Assembly: GCA_037310415.1 (NCBI GenBank)
Contig: CP147780.1
Span: forward strand, 320,001-384,000
Origin: Candidatus Atabeyarchaeum deiterrae
GTDB taxonomy: Archaea; Asgardarchaeota; Atabeyarchaeia; Atabeyarchaeales; Atabeyarchaeaceae
DNA length: 64,000 bases
Direction of reading: 5' to 3'
Part shown: piece after piece, positions 1 through 9,607 of the stretch
Layout: each line of letters opens with the position of its first letter
How positions within the stretch are numbered: position 1 is the first letter of the stretch
Notes under the pieces: model-generated
Told to the model about the DNA's origin: nothing
Databases searched by the model: none
What the model saw: the letters and a program-made list of their open reading frames with translations, nothing else
Made by a program: the position numbers and the translations under genes

Positions 1-488
1 TTGAGGTCGCCCAATAGGTGTTCGTAGTTTCTTATCCTGAAAGTTCCATCAACTGCGCCACTTTTGGAGAGAACGGTTTTCACACCTTTGTGGACTTTAA
101 CGATTGCCTCTGCAATGAGTCTCTTATAGCCTGCTAGCTCTGGAGGAACCTCAATGACAGCGATGTCACCTATTATGTCGAATGAATGCTTAACATGTTC
201 CAGCACGGATGGATCCATGCAGCCACTCAATGCTTCGACAATACTGTGTGGGCGCCTTACCTTGTGAAGGATTTTTGGCTCGATGCTTATTGTTTTCGCT
301 TTGTGGGTGAGATTCCTGATTAATCTCCACTCTTGGGAACTTGGCGCTCTTAGTAAGGGAAACTGAATCAAGTCCTTGTCTCTGGTGATTTCTCTTTGCG
401 TATCTAGAAGTGAAGCGTGCTTGAGCAATTGCCTTATTCGTTCGCCAAGGTTCTTTGGAACGCCCAGACACAGTGAGTCGTCTCTCAT
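1..488 (-). CDS. trm5: tRNA (guanine37-N1) methyltransferase Trm5 family, N-terminal part (runs off window)
   Basis: Manual translation from ATG at 488: ...SFDIIGDIAVIEVPPEL...VKTVLSKSGAVDGTFRIRNYEHL, typical of Trm5/Tyw2; open to the window edge. Confidence 0.85.
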   Translation of the reverse strand, partial: MRDDSLCLGVPKNLGERIRQLLKHASLLDTQREITRDKDLIQFPLLRAPSSQEWRLIRNLTHKAKTISIEPKILHKVRRPHSIVEALSGCMDPSVLEHVKHSFDIIGDIAVIEVPPELAGYKRLIAEAIVKVHKGVKTVLSKSGAVDGTFRIRNYEHLLGDL

Positions 489-686
489 CTGAACACTCCC
501 AGTTGCGTTAGACGCCTTATGTTTGCGATCTTCATATGTTGGCAATACTTGACAAAACAAATAGGCGTACGAACTACATTATTGAATCTATCGCCATCAA
601 GTCCCAAAAAAAGTTTATAATGTCGTAGGTCATTCCTTTTACATCTAACAACTTATCATAAAGGTTTAGGCTGAACAGAGAATTGT

Positions 687-799
687 GGGCCTGTAGCTCA
701 GCCAGGTAGAGAACCAAAAAAATGGAGAACCTGCTAAGTGCCTAAAGCGTCGGGCTCTTAACCCGATGGCCAGGGGTTCAACTCCCCCCAGGCCCGCCA
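687..799 (+). tRNA. tRNA-Lys(CTT) with a 36-nt intron at 22/23 (710-745)
   Basis: GGGCCTG/CAGGCCC acceptor, TCGGG-CTCTTAA-CCCGA anticodon arm, TTCAACT loop, encoded CCA; BHB helix AGGT/GCCT with bulges AG|A and AA|A gives a 77-nt mature tRNA. Confidence 0.93.
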
Positions 800-856
800 T
801 CCATAATCTGCGTCGAGTTCTGTACCTTCAGGACAAGCAGAGTTTCTGGGGATTTA

Positions 857-1282
857 CTAGAAGTCCACTTGAACGGTTACATACACCTTGTTCTTCGAGT
901 TCCTCAACACTCTGATGATATTTCGATCAATTTCTGCGGCGGATTTGTCCGCTCTCACCATCAGAGTTCGCCCGCACACGAAGCTGCTTTTCCGACAGAC
1001 AATATCTTCGGTGCTTGTAAGCGAGAGGCGAGGGTCACCAACCCCCTTGATTACTTCTTCAAGGCCATCAACCTCGAGTCTTAGTGTTACGTCTGAGGAG
1101 TGTTTTCTAAGAAGTCTTCTAAGGGGTTCACCAAAGTCGCTTAACGATTTACTTGCACGGACGGCGACTATGCAATCTCCTCGGACAGTGACTTCTCCTG
1201 CTCTAGTTATTTCCAAGGTTGTCGGATGGGTACCCCGAATATTCGCGTGTCCGCAAGCGGTTAGCGACTCAGCAATTTTCAT
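857..1282 (-). CDS. DUF371 family protein
   Basis: GHANIRGTHPTTLEIT...RGDCI...VCRKS motifs; likely start ATG 1282. Confidence 0.85.
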   Translation of the reverse strand: MKIAESLTACGHANIRGTHPTTLEITRAGEVTVRGDCIVAVRASKSLSDFGEPLRRLLRKHSSDVTLRLEVDGLEEVIKGVGDPRLSLTSTEDIVCRKSSFVCGRTLMVRADKSAAEIDRNIIRVLRNSKNKVYVTVQVDF

Positions 1283-1482
1283 TACAGTAACACCCAAGAC
1301 AATACAAATGAGTGGCACTAGCTGGCAGTGGTCTATCTTTTTAATACCACCGGAGCCTCTTATTACTATATGCCCGTTTCCGATTGGGTTCCTCCACACC
1401 AACAGGCAGTTAAATAGAATCAGTAGATTGTAGAAGGTAGAGCAGGGTTCTTCCCACTTGATAGGTGGTGATTGGTGAAGGA

Positions 1483-2195
1483 ATGAAGGATCTAACTGAT
1501 GCTAAAGAGAAGCTCAAACAGCGTTTCATTGAAGAGGGTATTGTGAGCAGCTCAAGTGTCATTAATGCATTCATGAATGTCCCCCGGGAAGAATTCGTTC
1601 CCCCGAACATTAGGGAAGATGCGTACGACGACCGCCCGCTTCCAATAGCAGCTGGTCAAACAATAAGCGCACCACATTACTTGGTCTGTCCCAAGTAAGG
1701 TGAAACATGGTTGTCATAATGTGCGAGCAGCTGAGGCTGGAAGAAGGGAATAAGGTATTGGAGGTAGGGGCAGGCTCAGGTTACCATGCAGCTATTTGCG
1801 CGGAAATTGTTGCTCCACCTGCATCTAATAATCCTGGATACGTCTACTCGGTAGAGAGAATATCATCTTTGGCGAAATGGGCCAGGGAGAATCTGAAGAG
1901 AACTGGATACGCTAATCGTGTGAAGGTAATCGTTGGAGATGGGACAATGGGTTATCGAGAAGCCATGCCTTATGACAGGATACTTGTCACGGCTTCGGCG
2001 CCGAGAATACCCGAACCACTGGTAGAACAGCTGAGAGTAGGGGGCACAATGGCAATACCGATAGGGGAAAAGTATGGCTGGCAAGAGCTTGTTCTTGTCA
2101 AGAAAGTGAAAGAGGAAGAAGTTGTTACAACTAATTTTGGTGGAGTAGCTTTTGTGCCGCTAATCGGCGAGCATGGCTGGAATAACGAAGAATAA
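1483..2195 (+). CDS. pcm: Protein-L-isoaspartate O-methyltransferase, split by a 29-nt BHB intron (exons 1483-1675, 1705-2195)
   Basis: VPREEFVP, AYDDRPLPI, GQTISAPH|MV, VLEVGAGSGY, PYDRILVTASA, VAFVPL; the two ORF halves join in frame after intron removal. Confidence 0.93.
1676..1704 (+). other. Putative BHB-type mRNA intron in pcm
   Basis: Central helix CACC/GGTG, bulges AC|A and AA|A, perfect 8-bp inner stem TTACTTGG/CCAAGTAA; splicing yields GCA CCA CAC ATG (A-P-H-M). Confidence 0.88.
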
Positions 2196-2388
2196 CACTT
2201 GTTCGTCCTTCTTGTTTCTTCCATCGCATTGTCGCCAGCAAGGTAAGTCTTCAAGAATCCTCGATGCAGATGTTTCTATTCTCACGGGTTGTTCAAAGTT
2301 TATATATAGGGGTAGAATCGAGAATAGAGAGTATCGTTGGAGTAGTTTGACTCAAGGCGGACGGTGAATTACAACGGCAGTAGAGATA

Positions 2389-3216
2389 GTGAAGAAAGCA
2401 CTCCAATTGAGATCACAAGGATCCACCGAAGAAGCGGCGAAGCTCTATTTGCAGGCTGCAATCGACTTTGAGAAGAATGGAAAAGTTGCCGATGCGGCTC
2501 AAGCATACAACGAGGCAGGACTACTTCTGGCTGAAACTGGAAAAGATGAGGACGGCGTGAAGCTCTACCTCAAAGCAATTGAGGCTTTCGACAAAGTGAG
2601 AGACTCAGAAGGAAAAGCTGATTCCAGCTACAACGCCTGTGTCGCCTTCAACAATCTAGGATCTTACGAAGAAGCTGCCAAAAACTGCTCCGTTGCCTTA
2701 AAGATCTACGAGGAATCAAAGAGTGAGGAGAAAATGGGAGACGCACTGTACGGCCTCGGACTCGCATACATGGGTCAAGGCAAGTTCGATGATGGATTGA
2801 ACTTGTTCAACAGGGCACTTGACATATGCAAGAGAATGGGCAACTTTGAAGGAATCATGAGTATCTCTCTTGATATCGGCAACACGTATCTCAAGAAAGA
2901 GGATTTTGAAAAAGCACTTGATTCTTTCAAATCAGCTCTATCCGTTGCTCAGAAGCTGAAGGACGACGGAAGCATAGCTGATACTCTCAGCGCCATGGGA
3001 GAAGCATATGAACTATCTGAAGACTACAGAAGATCCGCCGACTCGTTTTTGTCCGCGGCGGAAAAATACTTGAACGCAGGAATGGGGGAGCTGGCAGAAG
3101 AATACACTTATCGTATCGAGAACCTGCTTCCAGAACTCACCAGTGTGACAGCCGACAAGATGAAGAAGAGAGTAGAAGAGATACGTAGTGGGATTACCAA
3201 GCAGCAAAAACAATGA
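2389..3216 (+). CDS. Tetratricopeptide/alpha-SNAP-like repeat protein
   Basis: Repeated A..Y..A...Y helical TPR pattern. Confidence 0.8.
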   Translation: MKKALQLRSQGSTEEAAKLYLQAAIDFEKNGKVADAAQAYNEAGLLLAETGKDEDGVKLYLKAIEAFDKVRDSEGKADSSYNACVAFNNLGSYEEAAKNCSVALKIYEESKSEEKMGDALYGLGLAYMGQGKFDDGLNLFNRALDICKRMGNFEGIMSISLDIGNTYLKKEDFEKALDSFKSALSVAQKLKDDGSIADTLSAMGEAYELSEDYRRSADSFLSAAEKYLNAGMGELAEEYTYRIENLLPELTSVTADKMKKRVEEIRSGITKQQKQ

Positions 3217-3265
3217 TCCTTCCTAGATGTTAACAAACACAGCAGACAGGAAAATCAACTCAGGA

Positions 3266-3835
3266 TCACATTACTCTCGTAGAGAATCGCTGGAATATCC
3301 TTTTTGCCACCATCGTAAACGCACTGTTGATTAGCTCACCTGTCTTTGCGCTTGTCTCAAAAAACTCAGCGCCAAGCTGTGACGCTTTTTGCTGTCCTTC
3401 AACCCTCTTAACAGCCCTATCATTATCAAGGTCCATCTTGTTGCCAATCAAAGTGAAGGGAATATCGCCACAAACTTCCTTGACTTCCCTGCTCCACTTC
3501 GGTATGACGTCAAACGATTTTCTGTCTGAAATACTGTAGACTAGCATAGCGGCCCTTGCGCCGGGATAGTAGAAGGATCTTATCCGCATGAATTGCGCCT
3601 GCCCCCCAAGATCCCACAACTGTAACTTCACCTGTTGATCATTCACATTCAAGGTTTTTACGGCAAAATTGGTTCCGATTGTTGTTATGTATTCCCCTAG
3701 AAAGCGATCTTGCGTGTACCGCAGAATAAGGGAAGTCTTCCCAACTCCGCCTTCTCCCACGACTACTACCTTAAATACATACTTAGGGGATTGAAGCATC
3801 TCATTATTCCCCCTTAACCACGTACTAGTAATCAT
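3266..3835 (-). CDS. Rab-like small GTPase
   Basis: GEGGVGKTS, TTIG, WDLGGQ, GNKMD, ETSAK; no C-terminal prenylation Cys; start may be 3799. Confidence 0.93.
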   Translation of the reverse strand: MITSTWLRGNNEMLQSPKYVFKVVVVGEGGVGKTSLILRYTQDRFLGEYITTIGTNFAVKTLNVNDQQVKLQLWDLGGQAQFMRIRSFYYPGARAAMLVYSISDRKSFDVIPKWSREVKEVCGDIPFTLIGNKMDLDNDRAVKRVEGQQKASQLGAEFFETSAKTGELINSAFTMVAKRIFQRFSTRVM

Positions 3836-3915
3836 AATATCAACCTATATTGTTTTCTAGGAGTCACACTTGATCTTCGTTTAATGGTGACTTGTTCGCA
3901 ATGCAAAACAGATTC

Positions 3916-4710
3916 CTACTGACGATTATCGTTTCCGCTTGATTCTGCTTTGACATAAGGGGACATCAGTATCTTCTTTGCCTTCTCGATTATGGAAGGC
4001 CCTATTCCTTTGACTTCAGAAATTGATCCTGTTAAGCGCTTGGTCTTACCCGTCTTGGATTGCTTCACATCGCTTTCGGCGATCCCTTTGAACACACTAT
4101 AGGGTGTCTGGGCCTTTAAAAGAAGACTTTCCGCCAGAGTGACCCCGATGTTTGGCAGACCTGAAATCAAGTATTGTTGTTGTTGAGCGAGGGTAAGCAT
4201 CTTTTCTTTCGGTCTTATAACTACTGGACGCTTATCTTTTACTTGTTCACAGTAGGCCACTCGCTCAATGAACCTGGCAGTATGTTTGACGTCTGGAGTC
4301 GGTACTATTGGCAACTTTAGCTCGACTGCAATACTGGCGATTGCTCCCCACACCGAGCTTTCATTTATCCTCGTGAACTTGAAAATAAGAGACATATATC
4401 CTTCGAGAATAAGAATAGGAATCTCGTAGGCGTCCTTAAGTCTGGAACACTCGTCAAATATCCTGCTAGTGTAGATCGAGTTTGCAAGTTCCTTAACATT
4501 CTTCCTTTCAAAGGCCACACGATCAGACGCTACATAGTCGCCTACGCTCAGTTGTCTTTCAACGACATTAACGTCAAGTTCTCTTAGGTATTCAGCAACT
4601 TTCGAACGGAGCTCTCTCTTATCGACAAATACAGTTACTCTCTGAGAAACGGACTCATCATGCTTATTTTGACATGAGTTCAAAGTTCTTTGGTCCATAC
4701 ACAATAGCAC
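3916..4710 (-). CDS. ERCC4/XPF-family nuclease with HhH domain
   Basis: VDKRE, GDYV, ERK, EG motifs; GLPNIG and VKGIG HhH motifs. Confidence 0.9.
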   Translation of the reverse strand: MLLCMDQRTLNSCQNKHDESVSQRVTVFVDKRELRSKVAEYLRELDVNVVERQLSVGDYVASDRVAFERKNVKELANSIYTSRIFDECSRLKDAYEIPILILEGYMSLIFKFTRINESSVWGAIASIAVELKLPIVPTPDVKHTARFIERVAYCEQVKDKRPVVIRPKEKMLTLAQQQQYLISGLPNIGVTLAESLLLKAQTPYSVFKGIAESDVKQSKTGKTKRLTGSISEVKGIGPSIIEKAKKILMSPYVKAESSGNDNRQ

Positions 4711-5030
4711 TCCCTACGCTAACTTATAAGACAAGCAGAATCCTGGAAACATGTACTAAATGACTTATCGCTATAAATATTCTTAAACATCCGTACGCGG
4801 AAGGAATACTTAGAAGATAGCAGTTCAATTTCGAGATCTAATTAGGTAGCGTTCGAGACCCGTAAAACATAGACATTTCAGCTGCTGATTTGGCTAGCAT
4901 GAGAATACGACATTCAAAGTCATGCGAGAAGGAATCAACTCAATCTTGCTAGTGGTTTAGAAAATCTTCTGACGAGAATTGGAAGACCCAGAATGAAAAC
5001 TTTCTTAATGAAAGCCCGTCTCTTGGTTTC

Positions 5031-5504
5031 CTATCGCTTCCTAGACTTTGCAGAACTGTGTCCCTTGGTTCCTGCGGACTTGGCTGCCTTTTGTTTTTTG
5101 CGAGGCTTCGAGGTTTTCTTTTCTTCTGCACGCATGACCTCGAGTTTCTGTCTTACCTTCTCTCTTTCGCGATCTTCGTCATGCCTCTGAACGCTTTCCT
5201 TCAAAGGTAGTAACTCTCGGTTGACATCGAATAGGCGAAGCAAATGTTGCTTGACTTGTTTGTCGTGTTGTTTTGCAGTGATCTTTCCTGCCTCATACTG
5301 TTCTTCCAGAGTCTTAATCTGGGCACGTAGATTCTCGCATTCAGTAGAAAGCTCAGTTATCTTCTTCACCGTGGAAGCATACTCTTCCTCATTAAGAGTG
5401 ACCAGTTCGTGTTTCGCTCGTTTCGGAGAAGCACGTCGTGCCTTCACGCCAATTACATTCTTCGATCGCATGGGTTGCGATTCCCCCAATATGACTTTCC
5501 GCAT
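5031..5504 (-). CDS. Hypothetical coiled-coil protein with steadiness-box-like hairpin and basic tail
   Basis: LEEQYEAGKIT resembles LEEKYEAGDIS of the Vps23-like protein at 25161-25949. Confidence 0.6.
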   Translation of the reverse strand: MRKVILGESQPMRSKNVIGVKARRASPKRAKHELVTLNEEEYASTVKKITELSTECENLRAQIKTLEEQYEAGKITAKQHDKQVKQHLLRLFDVNRELLPLKESVQRHDEDREREKVRQKLEVMRAEEKKTSKPRKKQKAAKSAGTKGHSSAKSRKR

Positions 5505-5732
5505 CTGCTTTTCCTAAATAATACTCATTGACTTGGGCTTTATGAGCATTTCCGATAAGAGTAGCTTGAACTAAAGATGGTTTGCGAAGTAGACAACGAC
5601 AAGAGCATGGGTGAAGTCCTTGACTTCTCGAGGCTTCAATCAAAGAGGTCACGACAAAACTGGGATTTTTTGGCTTTCTTGTGAAAGAGTGTTTATAAAG
5701 TCGTATTACGTGAGTATTACTGGGACTCGGAT

Positions 5733-6173
5733 TTGAGCGAAGTCAACCGCATGAGTTCACCAAGATCTGGAACATCATCCGGAAAGACCTCTATCTGGCA
5801 GAGAGATGAGCTTCTTCTAGTTCTAAAGTGCACCAGTAGATGCCTCCCTTTGGAAGATATGGTAAAGTTCGTCGACTTCTTGGAAAGTGTCCTACCTTCC
5901 GAGAAAATCATCAAGTTCCCGACAGTTTCCTCCATCAGTAAGCAATTGGAGCAAATGGTCAAAACGGCATTGTTAGAGAAGAGAGGCGGTTGCTATAGGC
6001 TAGCTGAAAGAGGCGTTAAATTCGCGGATGAAGCAGAACTCTCAATGGAAACAGATGAGGAAGTCGATACGATATGGCACGCTGCCAGAAACGCGCTTGT
6101 GAACCTTCCTTCGAATAGGTTGATGTGGGATTCTCACCTATTTTCTGCTTTGAAAGAAATAAAGGGAGAATGA
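5733..6173 (+). CDS. Hypothetical winged-helix protein
   Basis: LEQMVKTALLEK...YRLAERG wing pattern; upstream TTTATAA. Confidence 0.55.
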   Translation: MSEVNRMSSPRSGTSSGKTSIWQRDELLLVLKCTSRCLPLEDMVKFVDFLESVLPSEKIIKFPTVSSISKQLEQMVKTALLEKRGGCYRLAERGVKFADEAELSMETDEEVDTIWHAARNALVNLPSNRLMWDSHLFSALKEIKGE

Positions 6174-6257
6174 TTTGCCCATAAGACAATAGCAAAGGGC
6201 TTTCAATATCAAAATGCATATTAACTGCAGGGCTGCGATAACTAGTTTTGTCAAACC

Positions 6258-6896
6258 TTGGAAGGGTTAGAAGAAATGCTTTCTAGCAGGAAAAAGAGAT
6301 TCTCAAGATTGCTCTACCCTTTTGCGAAAGCCCTCGAGAAGATGCACCTCTCACCTAATGCGGTAACTGCCTTAGGGTTTTTCCTTACCATGTTGGTCGC
6401 CCCTTCCATAATCCTCGCGAATTATATCCTGGCTGGTATATTGGTATTCGCCGCAGGGTTCTGTGACGTGTTAGATGGTGCACTCGCCAGAATGACCAAT
6501 AGAGTTACAGCACTTGGCGGATTCATTGATTCAGTTTTGGACAGATACTCAGATGCCATAATTCTCCTCGCAATGGTATTTGCGGGACTCTGCAACGTCG
6601 TATGGGGCTTCATAGCATTAGTTGGCTCGCTACTGGTCAGCTATTCAAGAGCCAGAGTTGAGGCGTATGGGGTCAAGCACTTCGTAGTAGGATTTGCTGA
6701 GAGACCAATAAGACTTCTCTTACTTGGTTTCGCACTCTTGCTTGAGAGCTGGTTTCCTAGAACTGTGAACTATAGCGTGATTGCTCTTGCAATCCTCACA
6801 CATCTTACCGTGCTTCAGCGTGCCATATCGGCGAAAGATGTGCTTACAGCTGGCAACAAGCAAGCCAAGCCTAGGTCAGATCGAAGGCGTTCTTGA
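6258..6896 (+). CDS. CDP-alcohol phosphatidyltransferase (archaetidylinositol-phosphate synthase-like)
   Basis: SPNAVT, DVLDGALAR...G.FIDSVLDRYSD, SYSRARVE. Confidence 0.93.
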   Translation: MEGLEEMLSSRKKRFSRLLYPFAKALEKMHLSPNAVTALGFFLTMLVAPSIILANYILAGILVFAAGFCDVLDGALARMTNRVTALGGFIDSVLDRYSDAIILLAMVFAGLCNVVWGFIALVGSLLVSYSRARVEAYGVKHFVVGFAERPIRLLLLGFALLLESWFPRTVNYSVIALAILTHLTVLQRAISAKDVLTAGNKQAKPRSDRRRS

Positions 6897-7218
6897 TCAG
6901 TTTGTTCAAGAACGTTTTTGCATTCTCCATCGCACGTTTGCCTTCCTCGGTTATCGCATAGTACTTCCTGTCGGGTTTTCCCTTTCGTTCAGCCACATCT
7001 CGTTTGACTTCTACTAACCCCTCACGAGCCATCTTGTAAAGTATGACATAGGATGATACTGTTGCTGGCTTGAAACCGAATCGATCGTTAATCATGGCAC
7101 GTATCTCGTAGCCATATCGAGGGCGTTCTTGGAGAAGGCGAAGAATGTAGACCCAAAGGTTCTCTCTAGTCAGTTTTGACATGAACCTTCGCAAAGCCTT
7201 GGAGTTGTCTTCCGCCAA
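6871..7218 (-). CDS. PadR-family transcriptional regulator
   Basis: RYGYEI, Y.ILYKM..EGLV, RKYYAITEEG. Confidence 0.9.
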   Translation of the reverse strand: MAEDNSKALRRFMSKLTRENLWVYILRLLQERPRYGYEIRAMINDRFGFKPATVSSYVILYKMAREGLVEVKRDVAERKGKPDRKYYAITEEGKRAMENAKTFLNKLIKNAFDLT

Positions 7219-7351
7219 AGAGCCGACCTCCAGACGAGTAGCAACAGCATAAAGAAACTCTGTAAACGCCTCAAAAGGCAGTTTCTATTCTGGCGCTATT
7301 CACTAATTTAGTTTTTGTATGAGAGAACACCCATATCATGTTGGTCGGATT

Positions 7352-7990
7352 TCATCCTCTTCTCGTTTCTTTTCTATCAAGTTCATAGTGAACAAGGGTT
7401 ATCACTTGAGACGATAGGTAGCTAATGGGACCTACACGCACCCTTTTGGCGCGAAGTTCGTCCAAAACATGTTCATCTTCCGCAGTTAGCCCTTTTTGGT
7501 CTCCCACGATGAAGATCTTCGTGTCTTGAATGCTCATGTCTGCGTTTCTGATGTCTTCACCTTTCTCATGTAAGTAGTAGAGGGCACCCCGTTTGTTGGA
7601 GGTCATCTCCGAACTTATCGCTTCATTGAATGACTTCTTCTCAACTAGTAGTCCTGGCGGGCACGGTGACACATGCATGTCACTCTTCTCAAGATCTCTA
7701 AAAACGTCTTTCAACATTGCTGCCAAAGCTATCTCGCTGAAGGGCAGATCTCTGAGTCTTCCTCCATCAAACCTCAAACTCAGTGGGGGACTAGGGGGTC
7801 CTTCAAGCACGCCAACGAAGACGGTATCTCGCCTGATTCTTCCACTGTCAAGTATTGCAGAAATCGCACAGCGGCATACGACTTCCAGACGTCCGCTCGA
7901 GCTTGGCAGGTCTCTTAAGTTGAAGTCGCTTGACGTACGAGCTGTGCTGGACTTCAATACGAAGATTCGATCCAATCTCAACGCCCTCAT
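7352..7990 (-). CDS. trmY: tRNA (pseudouridine54-N1) methyltransferase
   Basis: DLPSSSGRLEVVCR, IRRDT, LHEKGEDI, FIVGDQKG, VGPISY. Confidence 0.9.
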   Translation of the reverse strand: MRALRLDRIFVLKSSTARTSSDFNLRDLPSSSGRLEVVCRCAISAILDSGRIRRDTVFVGVLEGPPSPPLSLRFDGGRLRDLPFSEIALAAMLKDVFRDLEKSDMHVSPCPPGLLVEKKSFNEAISSEMTSNKRGALYYLHEKGEDIRNADMSIQDTKIFIVGDQKGLTAEDEHVLDELRAKRVRVGPISYLSSQVITLVHYELDRKETRRG

Positions 7991-8272
7991 CGTGATCTAT
8001 TTGGGTCACATGTCAGTAATATAACACGTGACTGCTACCGTTACTGGCGGAGTTCTCATCATGCTCAGCCAAGGCTAGAACTGAGGGTAGATGCAAAAGC
8101 AGCAAACTAACGAAGAACGTGTAGTCGATGCTCACTACTGGAGAACTCATCTCAGGCTAAGTCTCAGCAAAAAGGAGCATTACAGGCAAGCCATAGTATC
8201 ATAAACACTTTTAAATATTCATACAGGTAACTTGAGACCTAGAAGAGAGTTTTTGGATGGTGTTGCAACAGA

Positions 8273-8557
8273 ATGACTAAAAAGAGACGAAGCCGAGGAA
8301 GGTCCAAAGGCGGATCAGGGCGAAAAGGTCTAGTTCAGTGCTCCAACTGTGGAAAACAAGTTCCCAGAGACAAAGCAAAAAGGGTGTCAAAATGGGTAAC
8401 CTTGGTTGACCCTCAAATGGCAAGAGAGCTCAGACAACAGGGAGCGATTCTGCCTCACGAGAAGGTCATGAAGTTCTATTGCATATCCTGCGCCGTTCAT
8501 ACAGGACAAGCGAAGGTCAGGGCAAGAGACGAGAGAAAAATGACAATTCGGCTGTAA
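8273..8557 (+). CDS. rps26e: 30S ribosomal protein S26e
   Basis: MTKKRRSRGRSKG, CSNC..VPRDKA, YCISCAVH. Confidence 0.97.
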   Translation: MTKKRRSRGRSKGGSGRKGLVQCSNCGKQVPRDKAKRVSKWVTLVDPQMARELRQQGAILPHEKVMKFYCISCAVHTGQAKVRARDERKMTIRL

Positions 8558-8680
8558 ATGGATATCGAGTAATATTGCGTCTTGATGTTAATCTTCCCTA
8601 CCAGAAATGCCTTGACGCGGAATATCTTAAACCAGCTGCATACTATTCTTGACCAGATGAACCCAGTGGGAGGATTGTCG

Positions 8681-9577
8681 TTGGCGCTTGACATGATAGT
8701 TGTTGGCCATTTCGCCATAGACTATGTTGTCAGAGACGGTCAGTCTCTTCCTCCCTCTTTGGGCGGAACAGTGACATTCTCAAGCCTAGCCGGGGCGCGG
8801 CTGGGAGCCAGGGTCGGAATCGTGTCAAAGGTTGGTCCCGATTTCCGAGATGATCATCTTCTTGTTTTTGCACGGAGTGGAATTGATGTCTCAGCTATTA
8901 AGAAAGCCAAGACCCCAACCACGAAGTACAAGCTTCAATATTCAGGCGAAGAGAGAAGCCTAATGTTACTTTCTAAATGTGATCCAATAGAACCCAAGGA
9001 TGTTAAGAACCTTCGTGGTAACGTTGGTGCTGTTCATTTAGGTCCCATTGCAGGAGAGATTCCGATAGAGACAATTGAGGAAGTTGCAAAATGGGGGGTT
9101 CCAGTTCTACTAGATTTGCAGGGAGTAGTAAGAAAGTTTGACAAAAACGGTAACGTCTCGGTAGAAAGAAACCCACTTCTCCCTGAGATACTCGGCAAAG
9201 TGACGATAGTAAAAGCTACTCTGAAGGAAGGAGAAGTAGCGACTAGTGCATCAGGTCCCGAGAAGGTGGCCTGCTCGCTTATAGACATGGGATGTGAGAT
9301 TGCCATCGTTACGCTTGGAGGAAAAGGATCATATGTTTCAACTCATGATGAAGAATCATTTTCCACGCCTGCTATCAAGCCACGAAAAGTGACTGATTAT
9401 ACGGGCGCAGGAGACGTCTATGCCGGCTCGTTCCTTGTTGAGTACTCGAGGATCCACGACATTAGACGTTCAGCCATTATAGCTAGCACCGCTGTGTCAT
9501 TCAAGGTTGAAGGTCACTCGACCTCTGGTTTCGCATCAAGGCAAGAAATAGAAGAAAGAGCGAAGGGTTACCTTTGA
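8681..9577 (+). CDS. PfkB-family carbohydrate kinase
   Basis: GG-V-F, VTLGGKGS, DYTGAGDVY; TTG start after GGAGG. Confidence 0.9.
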   Translation: MALDMIVVGHFAIDYVVRDGQSLPPSLGGTVTFSSLAGARLGARVGIVSKVGPDFRDDHLLVFARSGIDVSAIKKAKTPTTKYKLQYSGEERSLMLLSKCDPIEPKDVKNLRGNVGAVHLGPIAGEIPIETIEEVAKWGVPVLLDLQGVVRKFDKNGNVSVERNPLLPEILGKVTIVKATLKEGEVATSASGPEKVACSLIDMGCEIAIVTLGGKGSYVSTHDEESFSTPAIKPRKVTDYTGAGDVYAGSFLVEYSRIHDIRRSAIIASTAVSFKVEGHSTSGFASRQEIEERAKGYL

Positions 9578-9607
9578 TCTAAACTAGATAGAAGAGCAGC
9601 TGTACTT

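Noticed and set aside
1667-1674. GCGCACCA before the pcm intron matches the 3' end of tRNA-Gly(GCC)
   Set aside because: An 8-nt match dictated by Ser-Ala-Pro codons; expected by chance
1465-2195. pcm (and likewise endoQ) as frameshifted pseudogenes
   Set aside because: Each has only one lesion, a self-complementary BHB-forming insert whose precise removal restores the motif; the exons are otherwise intact
8010-8065. C/D-box-like ATGATGA...CTGA on the minus strand
   Set aside because: No convincing C'/D' boxes, and it overlaps the likely trmY TATA box
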